A DNA stretch of 36,962 nt, taken from the IMG/VR virus record IMGVR_UViG_3300027715_000021. One strand, given 5' to 3'. A program made the position numbers and the translations under genes. Source of the DNA: a virus. The notes under the pieces are model-generated. The model had not been told where the DNA came from. It ran no database searches and was given only the letters and a program-made list of their open reading frames with translations. This document shows positions 1-7,198 of this stretch, piece by piece (position 1 is the stretch's first letter; each line of letters opens with the position of its first letter).

Positions 1-225
1 TGGAGGAGATGAGTTAGATGAAACTAATAATACACAATAAAACAAATTTAAAAAATAGTGAAATAGTAAAATATATAAATCAAGCTTTATTCGAAATTGA
101 AAATAATGATGCAAAAGATAATTATAAATGGAGAATATTTGAATTTAAAGATGGTATGAAACTAGAAACTTGTTTGAATAAAAAAAGTAGAACATTTTTA
201 TTACATGAATAAAGGAGTTGAGTTA
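1..225. repeat. Terminal direct repeat or circular-assembly overlap, identical to 36738..36962
   Basis: The window start tggaggagatgagttagatg recurs at 36738 and matches through to the window end. ORF 18..212 equals ORF 36755..36949 (offset 36737). Confidence 0.95.
18..212 (+). CDS. Hypothetical small phage protein (64 aa)
   Basis: ORF with a GGAGG-type RBS upstream. No recognisable motif. It is the same gene as 36755..36949 because of the overlap. Confidence 0.6.
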   Translation: MKLIIHNKTNLKNSEIVKYINQALFEIENNDAKDNYKWRIFEFKDGMKLETCLNKKSRTFLLHE

Positions 226-226
226 G

Positions 227-526
227 ATGAATGCTAAAACTATGTTTGAAAAGTTAGGATATAAATTGATTGGAACAAGTTCTTTATTCCAATATAGAAA
301 AGAATATAACGATGCTTGGGATAGATTACACTATGAAGATATTATATTTAATAATAATCTAAAAGGTTATATAACTTTAGCCTGGTATAATGAATTAAAT
401 GACAAAGGAACTTTTAAAAATAAAAGTTATGATGCTATATATATTACTATTGAATTGAACAAAGCAATACAACAACAAATAAAAGAATTAGGATGGTTAG
501 ATGCGAAAAAAGGATTGGAGGAATAA
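227..526 (+). CDS. Hypothetical small phage protein (99 aa)
   Basis: ORF preceded by an aaaggag RBS and tightly packed with its neighbours. No diagnostic motif. Confidence 0.6.
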   Translation: MNAKTMFEKLGYKLIGTSSLFQYRKEYNDAWDRLHYEDIIFNNNLKGYITLAWYNELNDKGTFKNKSYDAIYITIELNKAIQQQIKELGWLDAKKGLEE

Positions 527-528
527 AT

Positions 529-810
529 ATGGATAAATTAGATGAATATGATATATTACTTGGCATAAGTATAATTGGGCTTATATTTATTATTATATGT
601 ATGATTTATGGTTGTTTTTTTTACAAAAACGAATTTGATGAAATATTAGCAACTAATAATTATAAAGTAATAGCGCATGATGTAACAAGTTCAAAATATG
701 GACCTAGTTATGTATTAACTATACAAGATAATACAACAGGAAAAATAATAAGCCAACAAGTAGATGGTACAGGATATTATACAGTATTAGAAAATAATAA
801 AATTAAATAA
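529..810 (+). CDS. Small membrane protein (one N-terminal TM helix)
   Basis: The track ORF is 493..810. The internal ATG at 529 follows a ggagg RBS and the stop of the previous gene. Hydrophobic stretch ILLGISIIGLIFIIICMIYGCFF. Confidence 0.6.
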   Translation: MDKLDEYDILLGISIIGLIFIIICMIYGCFFYKNEFDEILATNNYKVIAHDVTSSKYGPSYVLTIQDNTTGKIISQQVDGTGYYTVLENNKIK

Positions 811-827
811 AAATTGGGGGTGTAGAA

Positions 828-1244
828 ATGAAAAAATATATAATAGGTTTAATAATAGTAACTTTATTATTAACTTTCAATACAATATGTTTTGCAAAAG
901 GTTCAGTAGGACATAGTAGTAGTCATTCATCAGGAGCTAGAAGCTCATCAACATCTCATGGAACAACAAGTAAACCAAGTTCAAGTTCTAAATCAAGCTC
1001 GAGTTCAACGAGTTCACATATAACAACAAGTTCAACATCATCACATATGAGTAATCCATTTTTATGGTTTATGATAGGCGGAGCTGCAGGACATGCAACA
1101 AATGATAATAATGATGTTAATATCTATGGTGAACAACAACAACAAAATTTACAATTAGATAAGAAAAAAATAATTATAACTTTAATTATAATAGCAGTAA
1201 TTATTATAATTGGATTTATTTTAATAAAATTAAATAAAAATTAA
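828..1244 (+). CDS. Ser/Thr/His-rich exported protein with signal peptide and C-terminal TM anchor
   Basis: The N-terminus MKKYIIGLIIVTLLLTFNTICFA is signal-like. It has a long low-complexity S/T/H tract and a C-terminal IIITLIIIAVIIIIGFILI anchor. RBS ggggg upstream. Confidence 0.7.
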   Translation: MKKYIIGLIIVTLLLTFNTICFAKGSVGHSSSHSSGARSSSTSHGTTSKPSSSSKSSSSSTSSHITTSSTSSHMSNPFLWFMIGGAAGHATNDNNDVNIYGEQQQQNLQLDKKKIIITLIIIAVIIIIGFILIKLNKN

Positions 1245-1262
1245 CAAATTTAATAAAAAGTG

Positions 1263-1290
1263 TTGACACTTGACTTAGATATGTTATAAT
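1263..1290 (+). promoter_or_regulatory. Sigma-A type promoter (TTGACA, 16-nt spacer, TGtTATAAT extended -10)
   Basis: TTGACA at 1263..1268 and TATAAT at 1285..1290, with TG at 1282..1283. It lies in an ORF-free tract. Confidence 0.7.
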
Positions 1291-1296
1291 AAGTAT

Positions 1297-1389
1297 AAGT
1301 GATAAGTGCCTCAGGAAATTAACTAACATTTGAGGGTACTTATCTAGAATAGGTCTAAAGAACATATAATAAAAATATGTTCTTTTTTT
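1297..1389 (+). ncRNA. Candidate small RNA of about 93 nt (promoter, long hairpin, intrinsic terminator)
   Basis: A 13-bp bulged hairpin pairs 1301..1313 with 1331..1344 (17-nt loop). The terminator stem 1358..1384 and a T-run follow. No ORF. Confidence 0.45.
1358..1389 (+). terminator. Rho-independent terminator
   Basis: A 10-bp stem aagaacatat/atatgttctt with 7-nt loop aataaaa, followed by ttttt (1385..1389). Confidence 0.7.
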
Positions 1390-1708
1390 ATGTGTTGGTG
1401 ATAATACAGGGTGATATTATTAATGAGTACAGAAATGATAAACTAACAGCCAACAAAGATATTACTATGCATTTAGTATCTAAATATGCAGTGACGGAAT
1501 AGGTAAACGTTTTATGGCGAAATGCCGGTTGAGTTTTAGTGTCAAACCAGGTGACCTACCCCAAAATTATTTGGGTGATATAGTTTAGAGAACTATCTCA
1601 TATAAGGTGCAAATCCTTATCTACATAAATATTTACTATACATTAATATCTAAATTCGATCATGAATGTTTCAAAGGTGGTGAACTGGGAAATTCACTAC
1701 CAAAATAT

Positions 1709-1784
1709 CGCAGATTAGAGAAACGGATATCTCGTTGGGCTCATAACCCAAAAATAGTCAGTTCAACTCTGACATCTGCTACCA
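1709..1784 (+). tRNA. trnM(CAU): tRNA-Met (anticodon CAT), initiator-type, with encoded CCA
   Basis: Manual cloverleaf. The acceptor pairs 1709..1715 with 1774..1780. D arm is gaga/tctc with the GG in its loop. Anticodon stem is ttggg/cccaa with loop cTCATaa. The variable loop is 5 nt. T arm is gtcag-ttcaact-ctgac. Discriminator A is followed by CCA. Confidence 0.9.
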
Positions 1785-1904
1785 GCTATTATATAGCAAA
1801 AGGTGATTACTGCCTCCAATGTGCACAGGTATTAGGAAAAAGAGTAATATGTATTATTCCAGTCTGAATAATCCTTGTACGTTAGGGTTAAACGTACTGC
1901 ATAT

Positions 1905-1949
1905 GTAGATATTGGTATTATAACAGTTCAATTCTGTTAATCTGCACCA
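1905..1949 (+). other. tRNA-like minihelix or tRNA 3-prime half ending in ACCA
   Basis: Canonical T arm aacag-ttcaatt-ctgtt (1922..1938), then aatctgc-a-cca. The 5-prime strand gtagat (1905..1910) pairs with atctgc (1940..1945), including one G-U. No D or anticodon arm could be built. Confidence 0.4.
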
Positions 1950-2000
1950 AAAGATATAATAAAATATATCCTATAAAATAATTTTTTAAGGAGAACCAAA

Positions 2001-2180
2001 ATGAAATGTAATTTATGCGAACAGCACGAACAAAAGCACGAATATTATTTGTGTGATGGAAGTAAAATCTTCATTTGTGAAGAATGTGGAGAAAAACTGT
2101 ACGGTAAATTATTCATTCCAATCATTGACAGTAGACTATTTCATATAATTATGTTATTAGAGTATGTTGAGAAGAATTAA
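2001..2180 (+). CDS. Small Cys-rich (zinc-ribbon-like) protein, 59 aa
   Basis: ATG at 2001 after an aaggag RBS. It has CxxC and CxxC pairs (CNLCEQ ... CEECGE). A GC hairpin at 2181..2195 follows. Confidence 0.55.
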   Translation: MKCNLCEQHEQKHEYYLCDGSKIFICEECGEKLYGKLFIPIIDSRLFHIIMLLEYVEKN

Positions 2181-2324
2181 AGGGCTATATGCCCTATTGT
2201 GAGCTAATAGAATAATCTATTTTATATATAAAGGAAGTGTTGATATGAAATTTAAAAGTTTAAAAGAAGCATGTGAGTATTATAAGAAATATATATTGAA
2301 TAAATAAACGAAAGAAGAATTAAT

Positions 2325-2483
2325 ATGAAAAATTGTGAGCATTGCATATACTATGATTTTAAAGATAGAGAATGTACATTATCAATTGAAACAAAAAAAT
2401 GTGAAAGATATATAAGTATATTTGACTGTTGCACTCAAAATTGCTCTAATTGTAAAAGAAAGTGTGATAAGTATGATAGATAG
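2325..2483 (+). CDS. Small Cys-rich protein, 52 aa
   Basis: ATG at 2325. It has ten Cys residues, including CEHC and CSNC pairs. It falls below the track length cutoff. Confidence 0.45.
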   Translation: MKNCEHCIYYDFKDRECTLSIETKKCERYISIFDCCTQNCSNCKRKCDKYDR

Positions 2484-2572
2484 AATAATAGAACATATAA
2501 AGGATAAACTTGTTATTTGGCAAGGTAAGAGATACTGTAAGAAGTATCATGGTAGAGATTTGAGGTTTTAGA

Positions 2573-2773
2573 ATGAAAGAATTTAAAATTGATATAACTA
2601 TAGATAAATATAAATATAATAACGACATAGTTAAAAGTTTATTAAATGAAATTATATTACAGAATAATCTTGATATAAATAAATTTGATATAAAAACTAA
2701 TGTAGAACATAATTATAAATATATTGATAAAGTATTAATAAATTTTATATTTAATTTAAAGGAAGTGATATAA
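2573..2773 (+). CDS. Hypothetical protein (66 aa)
   Basis: Track ORF whose stop overlaps the TerS start. Confidence 0.5.
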   Translation: MKEFKIDITIDKYKYNNDIVKSLLNEIILQNNLDINKFDIKTNVEHNYKYIDKVLINFIFNLKEVI

Positions 2774-3144
2774 TGCTAACACCTAAACAAAGTATGTTTG
2801 TTAAAGAGTACTTGATAGATTTAAATGCAACACAGGCTTGTATAAGATGTGGATATAGTTCTAATACAGCTAAAGAGCAAGGTTGCAGATTGTTAACCAA
2901 TGCTAACATAAAAGAAGCTATACAAAAAGGTATGGATAAAAGAGCTAATAAAACAGAAATAACAGCTGAATGGATACTCAATGGAATAAAAGATGTTATT
3001 AATAATAGTACGCAAGAAAATAGCAAATTAAAAGGCTATGAATTACTTGGAAAACATCTTAAACTATTCACAGAAAAGCAAGAAGTTATTTCAGATACTA
3101 CATTAACAGTCAACTTTAATATACCAAGACCAAAGGAAGAATAA
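2773..3144 (+). CDS. terS: Terminase small subunit
   Basis: The N-terminus LTPKQSMFVKEYLIDLNATQACIRCGYS..TAKEQGCRLL is the typical Terminase_2 HTH signature. It lies directly upstream of TerL. Confidence 0.85.
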   Translation: MLTPKQSMFVKEYLIDLNATQACIRCGYSSNTAKEQGCRLLTNANIKEAIQKGMDKRANKTEITAEWILNGIKDVINNSTQENSKLKGYELLGKHLKLFTEKQEVISDTTLTVNFNIPRPKEE

Positions 3145-3146
3145 TT

Positions 3147-4553
3147 ATGCAAATAGATATAGACTATAAACCTAATAATAAACAAGAATTATTTCATTCC
3201 TGTAATGCAGATGAATGTGTATATGGAGGAGCTAAAGGTGGAGGTAAGAGTTGTGCATTAGTTATGGAAGCATTAGCTTATGGATTAGAAAATCCAAGAG
3301 CTGATATGTATATATTTAGGGAAACATATGATGATTTAGAAGCAAATATAATAAAAGAATGGAAAGCTAAAGTTTCTAAAGAATTATATGAGTTTAATGA
3401 AACAAAACACTTTGCTACACTAATAAATGGAACTACAGTAAAATTTAGATATATAAGAAATTTTATAGATGCAGAAAGTTATCAAGGACGTTCAATGGAT
3501 TGGATAGGAGTTGATGAATTAACTAAGCATGAAAAAAGAAGTATACAAATATTACTTTCTTGTTTAAGGTCTGCTAAAGGATTCAAACCAAGATTTAGAG
3601 CAACTTGTAATCCAGGCGGTATTGGACATGCTTGGGTTAAAGAAATGTATATAGATGCTACCAACTATGGATTAAATCCAGTAATAGATGAATTAACAGG
3701 ATTAAATAGAGTATTTATTCCTGCTAAAGTGTATGATAATACTATTCTTGTAAAAAATGACCCTAATTATATTAAAAGACTTGAAAATCTACCTGAAAAT
3801 CAAAAGAAAGCTTTTTTATATGGCGATTGGGATATATTTGAAGGACAATACTTTACAGAGTTTAAAAGAGATGTACACGTTATACAACCTTTTGTAATAC
3901 CAGAGCATTGGAATAGATACATTGCACTTGATTATGGGCTTGACATGTTAGCATGTTTATGGATAGCAATAGATGAACAAGACAGAGCTTATGTATATAA
4001 AGAACTATACCAAAATAATTTGATAATATCTGAAGCAGCTGCTAGAATACTTGAAGTAACAGACAAAGATAAAATAAAGAAAAGATACGCACCACCAGAT
4101 TTATGGAATAGAAGACAAGAGACAGGAGATAGTGCAGAAGACATATTTAGAAAGAATGGTGTAGTTTTACACAAAAGTAATAATAATCGTGTTATGGGCT
4201 GGTATGCAGTCAAAGAACACTTAAAGATAGAACTAAGTAGAGATGAACAAACAGGTAAAGAAATAGAAACATCTAAACTGAAGATATTTAGTAACTGTAC
4301 TAACTTAATAAGAACATTACCTCAGTTGCAGCATGATGAACGTAATCCAAATGATGTAAGTAACACACCACATGAACTAACACACATAAATGATGCATTA
4401 AGAGGTTTTTGCATAGAAAGAACACATCCTACTAAAACAGTAATTGAAGATGAGTTGTATGAGATTAATAAAGCTAAGAACAAATACAGAGATAAAGTAA
4501 AAGGATTAGCAGGTAAGAGTGCTAGTAGAAGTTTTATAAACTATGGGGGTTAA
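3147..4553 (+). CDS. terL: Terminase large subunit
   Basis: Walker A GGAKGGGKS, Walker B WIGVDELT, and a C-terminal RNaseH-like nuclease region (IALDYGLDMLACLW). Confidence 0.95.
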   Translation: MQIDIDYKPNNKQELFHSCNADECVYGGAKGGGKSCALVMEALAYGLENPRADMYIFRETYDDLEANIIKEWKAKVSKELYEFNETKHFATLINGTTVKFRYIRNFIDAESYQGRSMDWIGVDELTKHEKRSIQILLSCLRSAKGFKPRFRATCNPGGIGHAWVKEMYIDATNYGLNPVIDELTGLNRVFIPAKVYDNTILVKNDPNYIKRLENLPENQKKAFLYGDWDIFEGQYFTEFKRDVHVIQPFVIPEHWNRYIALDYGLDMLACLWIAIDEQDRAYVYKELYQNNLIISEAAARILEVTDKDKIKKRYAPPDLWNRRQETGDSAEDIFRKNGVVLHKSNNNRVMGWYAVKEHLKIELSRDEQTGKEIETSKLKIFSNCTNLIRTLPQLQHDERNPNDVSNTPHELTHINDALRGFCIERTHPTKTVIEDELYEINKAKNKYRDKVKGLAGKSASRSFINYGG

Positions 4554-4554
4554 T

Positions 4555-4713
4555 ATGTTAGATAAGATATTTAAAAGATTTGGATATATTAAAGAAAATA
4601 AAAAAGAAGACTTGGAAATAATAGAAAAGAAAAAGAGTTTAGAAAAACAATTTAATGACTTAATGCATTACTCTTTAAAGAATTCTATAAAAGGAGGCAC
4701 TAATGGAAGATAA
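4555..4713 (+). CDS. Small hypothetical protein (52 aa)
   Basis: The ATG lies 1 nt after the TerL stop, and the ORF overlaps the portal start by 11 nt. It falls below the track cutoff. Confidence 0.4.
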   Translation: MLDKIFKRFGYIKENKKEDLEIIEKKKSLEKQFNDLMHYSLKNSIKGGTNGR

Positions 4714-6532
4714 AGTAACAAAGGACTGGGCTTTATACGAAGCAGGTAAGCAATATAATCAAACTATAGTTGGAGTTAATGATATTAGTTACTATGATAT
4801 GGTAGATTCTTGTTTAGCCTTTTATGGTGGAAATCAATGGCGTAATGTTCAGGGAGAAGATTTACCTAAACCAGTTTTTAATTTTATTAAAAGAACGTTA
4901 TCATTTTTTATAGCAAGTATAACATCGACTAACATAGCAATAAACTTTGAGAAGTTAGAGTATACAGAAGATGATGAAGATGAAACAGTTGAAATGATAA
5001 ACGCAGAAGTTAAAAATATACTTGAAAAAATGAAGATAGAAAATAGAACAAGAGATTTGCTTTTTGATGCAGGAATAACAGGAGATGCATGTTTGCATTT
5101 TTACTTTGACCCAAACAAGAAAGTATATAAAGGAAAAGGCCAAATAATAAGTGAAATAGTAGATGGTAGCAATGTAATGTTTGGAAATGCTAACAATCCT
5201 AATGTAGAAGCACAACCTTATATAATAATTACAGGTAGAGATATGGCAAAAAACTTACAAGAAGAAGCTAAAGAATATAAAGAGATTACAGAAGTTGAAA
5301 GTGATACAGACTACGAATACATGCCGGATGATAATGGTAAGATTGAAGTAGAAACAGATGACTATGGTAAAGCATTGTATATACTTAAATACTATAAAAA
5401 GAAAATTAAGACTAAAGTAAATAAATTTAATTCAGTAACTGGTAAAAATGAAGAAGTAGAAGAAGAAGTTACGCGTGTATTTTGTAGTAAGTCAGTTAAA
5501 AAAGGATTTATATATCAAGATATAGATACAGGTTATGAATATTATCCTATTGCTTGGTTAAACTGGGAAAAACAAAAAAGTCAATATCATGGTAAAGGTA
5601 TAGTTATAGATATGATACCTAATCAAATAAGTATTAATAAGATGTTTGCTATGGTTATATATCATTTAATGTTAACATCATTTCCTACTGCAATATACAA
5701 TGCAGATAAAGTGAGTGGTTGGAGTTCTGAAATAGGTGCACAAATAGAATTAACAGATTTAGATCCTGGAGATAGTATACGTAACGTTGCTGGATATCTT
5801 GAACCTGCAAGTATGAGTGGACAAATAATAAATGCAATTGATATGGCTATAAAATACACTAAAGAAAGTGTCGGAGTATCAGACGCTGCACTTGGTTCAG
5901 TAGATCCTAAAAATACAAGTGCGATAATAGCAGTTCAAAAAAGTTCAGTTGTGCCTTTAGAAAATATTAAATCTAATTTATATGAATTTATAGAAGATGT
6001 AGGAAGAATATTATTAGATATAATAGGAACTAAATATGGTAAAAGAACTGTATTGATAGAAAATGAAGATGGTAATAAAATAAGTAAAGAATTTGATTTT
6101 AGCACATTAAAAGACCAATGGCTAAATGTACGTGCTGATGTAGGTTCAAGTGCTTATTACAGTGAAGTTGCTTCATTACAAACTCTAGATAACTTACTTA
6201 TGAGTGAGAAGATAGACTTTATACAATACTTAGAAAGAATACCTAAAAACTTAATACCTAATAGTGATAGTTTAATAGAAGAACTAAAACAAAAAATGGG
6301 AATATTACCTAAAGAAAAACTTATTGAATATGAAGATATGGCTAGATTTATTGAAACATTACCAATAGATGAACAAAACTTTTTAAGAAGTTTACCAGAT
6401 GAAAAAATGGAAGAAGAAGTTATGATGCTTATGAAACAACAACCACAAGTTGAACAACCAATTATGAATGAAGATACAATGAATAACGAGTTAATGAAAA
6501 ATGAATTGATGAATAATTTGGAGGTGCAATAA
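4703..6532 (+). CDS. Portal protein
   Basis: 609 aa, immediately after TerL. It has an N-terminal portal-type motif (AFYGGNQWRNVQGEDLPKPVFNFIKR). Confidence 0.85.
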   Translation: MEDKVTKDWALYEAGKQYNQTIVGVNDISYYDMVDSCLAFYGGNQWRNVQGEDLPKPVFNFIKRTLSFFIASITSTNIAINFEKLEYTEDDEDETVEMINAEVKNILEKMKIENRTRDLLFDAGITGDACLHFYFDPNKKVYKGKGQIISEIVDGSNVMFGNANNPNVEAQPYIIITGRDMAKNLQEEAKEYKEITEVESDTDYEYMPDDNGKIEVETDDYGKALYILKYYKKKIKTKVNKFNSVTGKNEEVEEEVTRVFCSKSVKKGFIYQDIDTGYEYYPIAWLNWEKQKSQYHGKGIVIDMIPNQISINKMFAMVIYHLMLTSFPTAIYNADKVSGWSSEIGAQIELTDLDPGDSIRNVAGYLEPASMSGQIINAIDMAIKYTKESVGVSDAALGSVDPKNTSAIIAVQKSSVVPLENIKSNLYEFIEDVGRILLDIIGTKYGKRTVLIENEDGNKISKEFDFSTLKDQWLNVRADVGSSAYYSEVASLQTLDNLLMSEKIDFIQYLERIPKNLIPNSDSLIEELKQKMGILPKEKLIEYEDMARFIETLPIDEQNFLRSLPDEKMEEEVMMLMKQQPQVEQPIMNEDTMNNELMKNELMNNLEVQ

Positions 6533-7198
6533 ATGGATAACAAATTTATATATGAGTACTTAACTAAACTAACAGAAAAATTAAATACTAAACAAGAAAA
6601 ATTTATTGATAAACAAGAAAAAGTGTATGATAAATTAGAAACACAGTTAATAAATAATATAAAAGATATAAAAAAAGAATTAGATGATAAAACACAACAC
6701 AAAGAAATATTTATGTATAGACTTATGGAAAAAATGAAAAACTATCATATAAAAGATGGTTATTGGTATTACGAAGATAAAAAACTAGTTAAAGCGGAAG
6801 CGACAGATGGTAAAGATGGTATTAATGGCAAAGATGGTAAAGATGGATTAAACGGTAAAGATGGGCGTAATGGAGTAGATGGAAGAAACGGAAGAGATGG
6901 AAAAGATGGAAAAGATGGAAAAAAAGGTGCTGATGGATTAAACGGTGCTGATGGACTAACACCAGTTTTTACTGAAACAGAAACTGAAACTTTAACAGCA
7001 TATGAAAAAGCGAAGGTTGAAATAATAAAAAATAATAATAAATATAAATTAAAATTTTCTATACCTAAAGGATTAGCTGGACATAATGGACCAAAAGGCG
7101 ATTCTGTAAAATATGAAGAAATAACATACGAAGAATGGTTATCAAGGAAAAATGCTGGAACTTTAGATGAATTTACAATTTATTATGAAGGGTTGTGA
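6533..7198 (+). CDS. Collagen-like repeat protein (fibre stalk)
   Basis: Seventeen uninterrupted G-X-Y triplets (residues 93..143, nt 6809..6961), an N-terminal coiled-coil-like region and a C-terminal PKGLAGHNGPKGD. Confidence 0.85.
   Translation: MDNKFIYEYLTKLTEKLNTKQEKFIDKQEKVYDKLETQLINNIKDIKKELDDKTQHKEIFMYRLMEKMKNYHIKDGYWYYEDKKLVKAEATDGKDGINGKDGKDGLNGKDGRNGVDGRNGRDGKDGKDGKKGADGLNGADGLTPVFTETETETLTAYEKAKVEIIKNNNKYKLKFSIPKGLAGHNGPKGDSVKYEEITYEEWLSRKNAGTLDEFTIYYEGL

Noticed and set aside
1468-1490. A suppressor tRNA (CTA anticodon) that could read the amber codon in rusA. CTA triplets occur in loop-like contexts here and at 1649..1653.
   Set aside because: No 5-bp stem with a 7-nt loop could be built around either CTA, and no acceptor or T arm either. 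TAG is also used as the terminator of many intact genes (for example 9085..9087, 10394..10396 and 26748..26750), so stop-codon reassignment is not supported.
1618-1626. A 9-nt perfect complementarity between tatctacat (1618..1626) and atgtagata (1903..1911), suggesting long-range pairing or a permuted tRNA
   Set aside because: A single 9-mer match within a roughly 700-nt AT-rich region is expected by chance. No supporting co-axial helices were found.
1607-1867. Track ORF of 86 aa with a GTG start
   Set aside because: It runs through the complete tRNA-Met gene (1709..1784), has no RBS and lies in a structured non-coding tract.
1922-1949. The tRNA 3-prime half as a phage attP core for integration into a host tRNA gene
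   Set aside because: No integrase or recombinase gene exists anywhere in the genome. The fragment is better explained as part of the RNA locus or as a decayed tRNA copy.
6157-6702. Minus-strand ORF of 181 aa, and similar antisense ORFs at 2446..2628, 2751..3026, 3482..3664, 3989..4213, 4955..5215, 5662..5859, 9844..10113, 13211..13396, 16176..16376, 31288..31503, 32238..32573, 34037..34228 and 35376..35615
   Set aside because: All lie fully inside well-supported genes on the opposite strand. They lack an RBS and have the S/F/I/L/C-rich composition of antisense frames.
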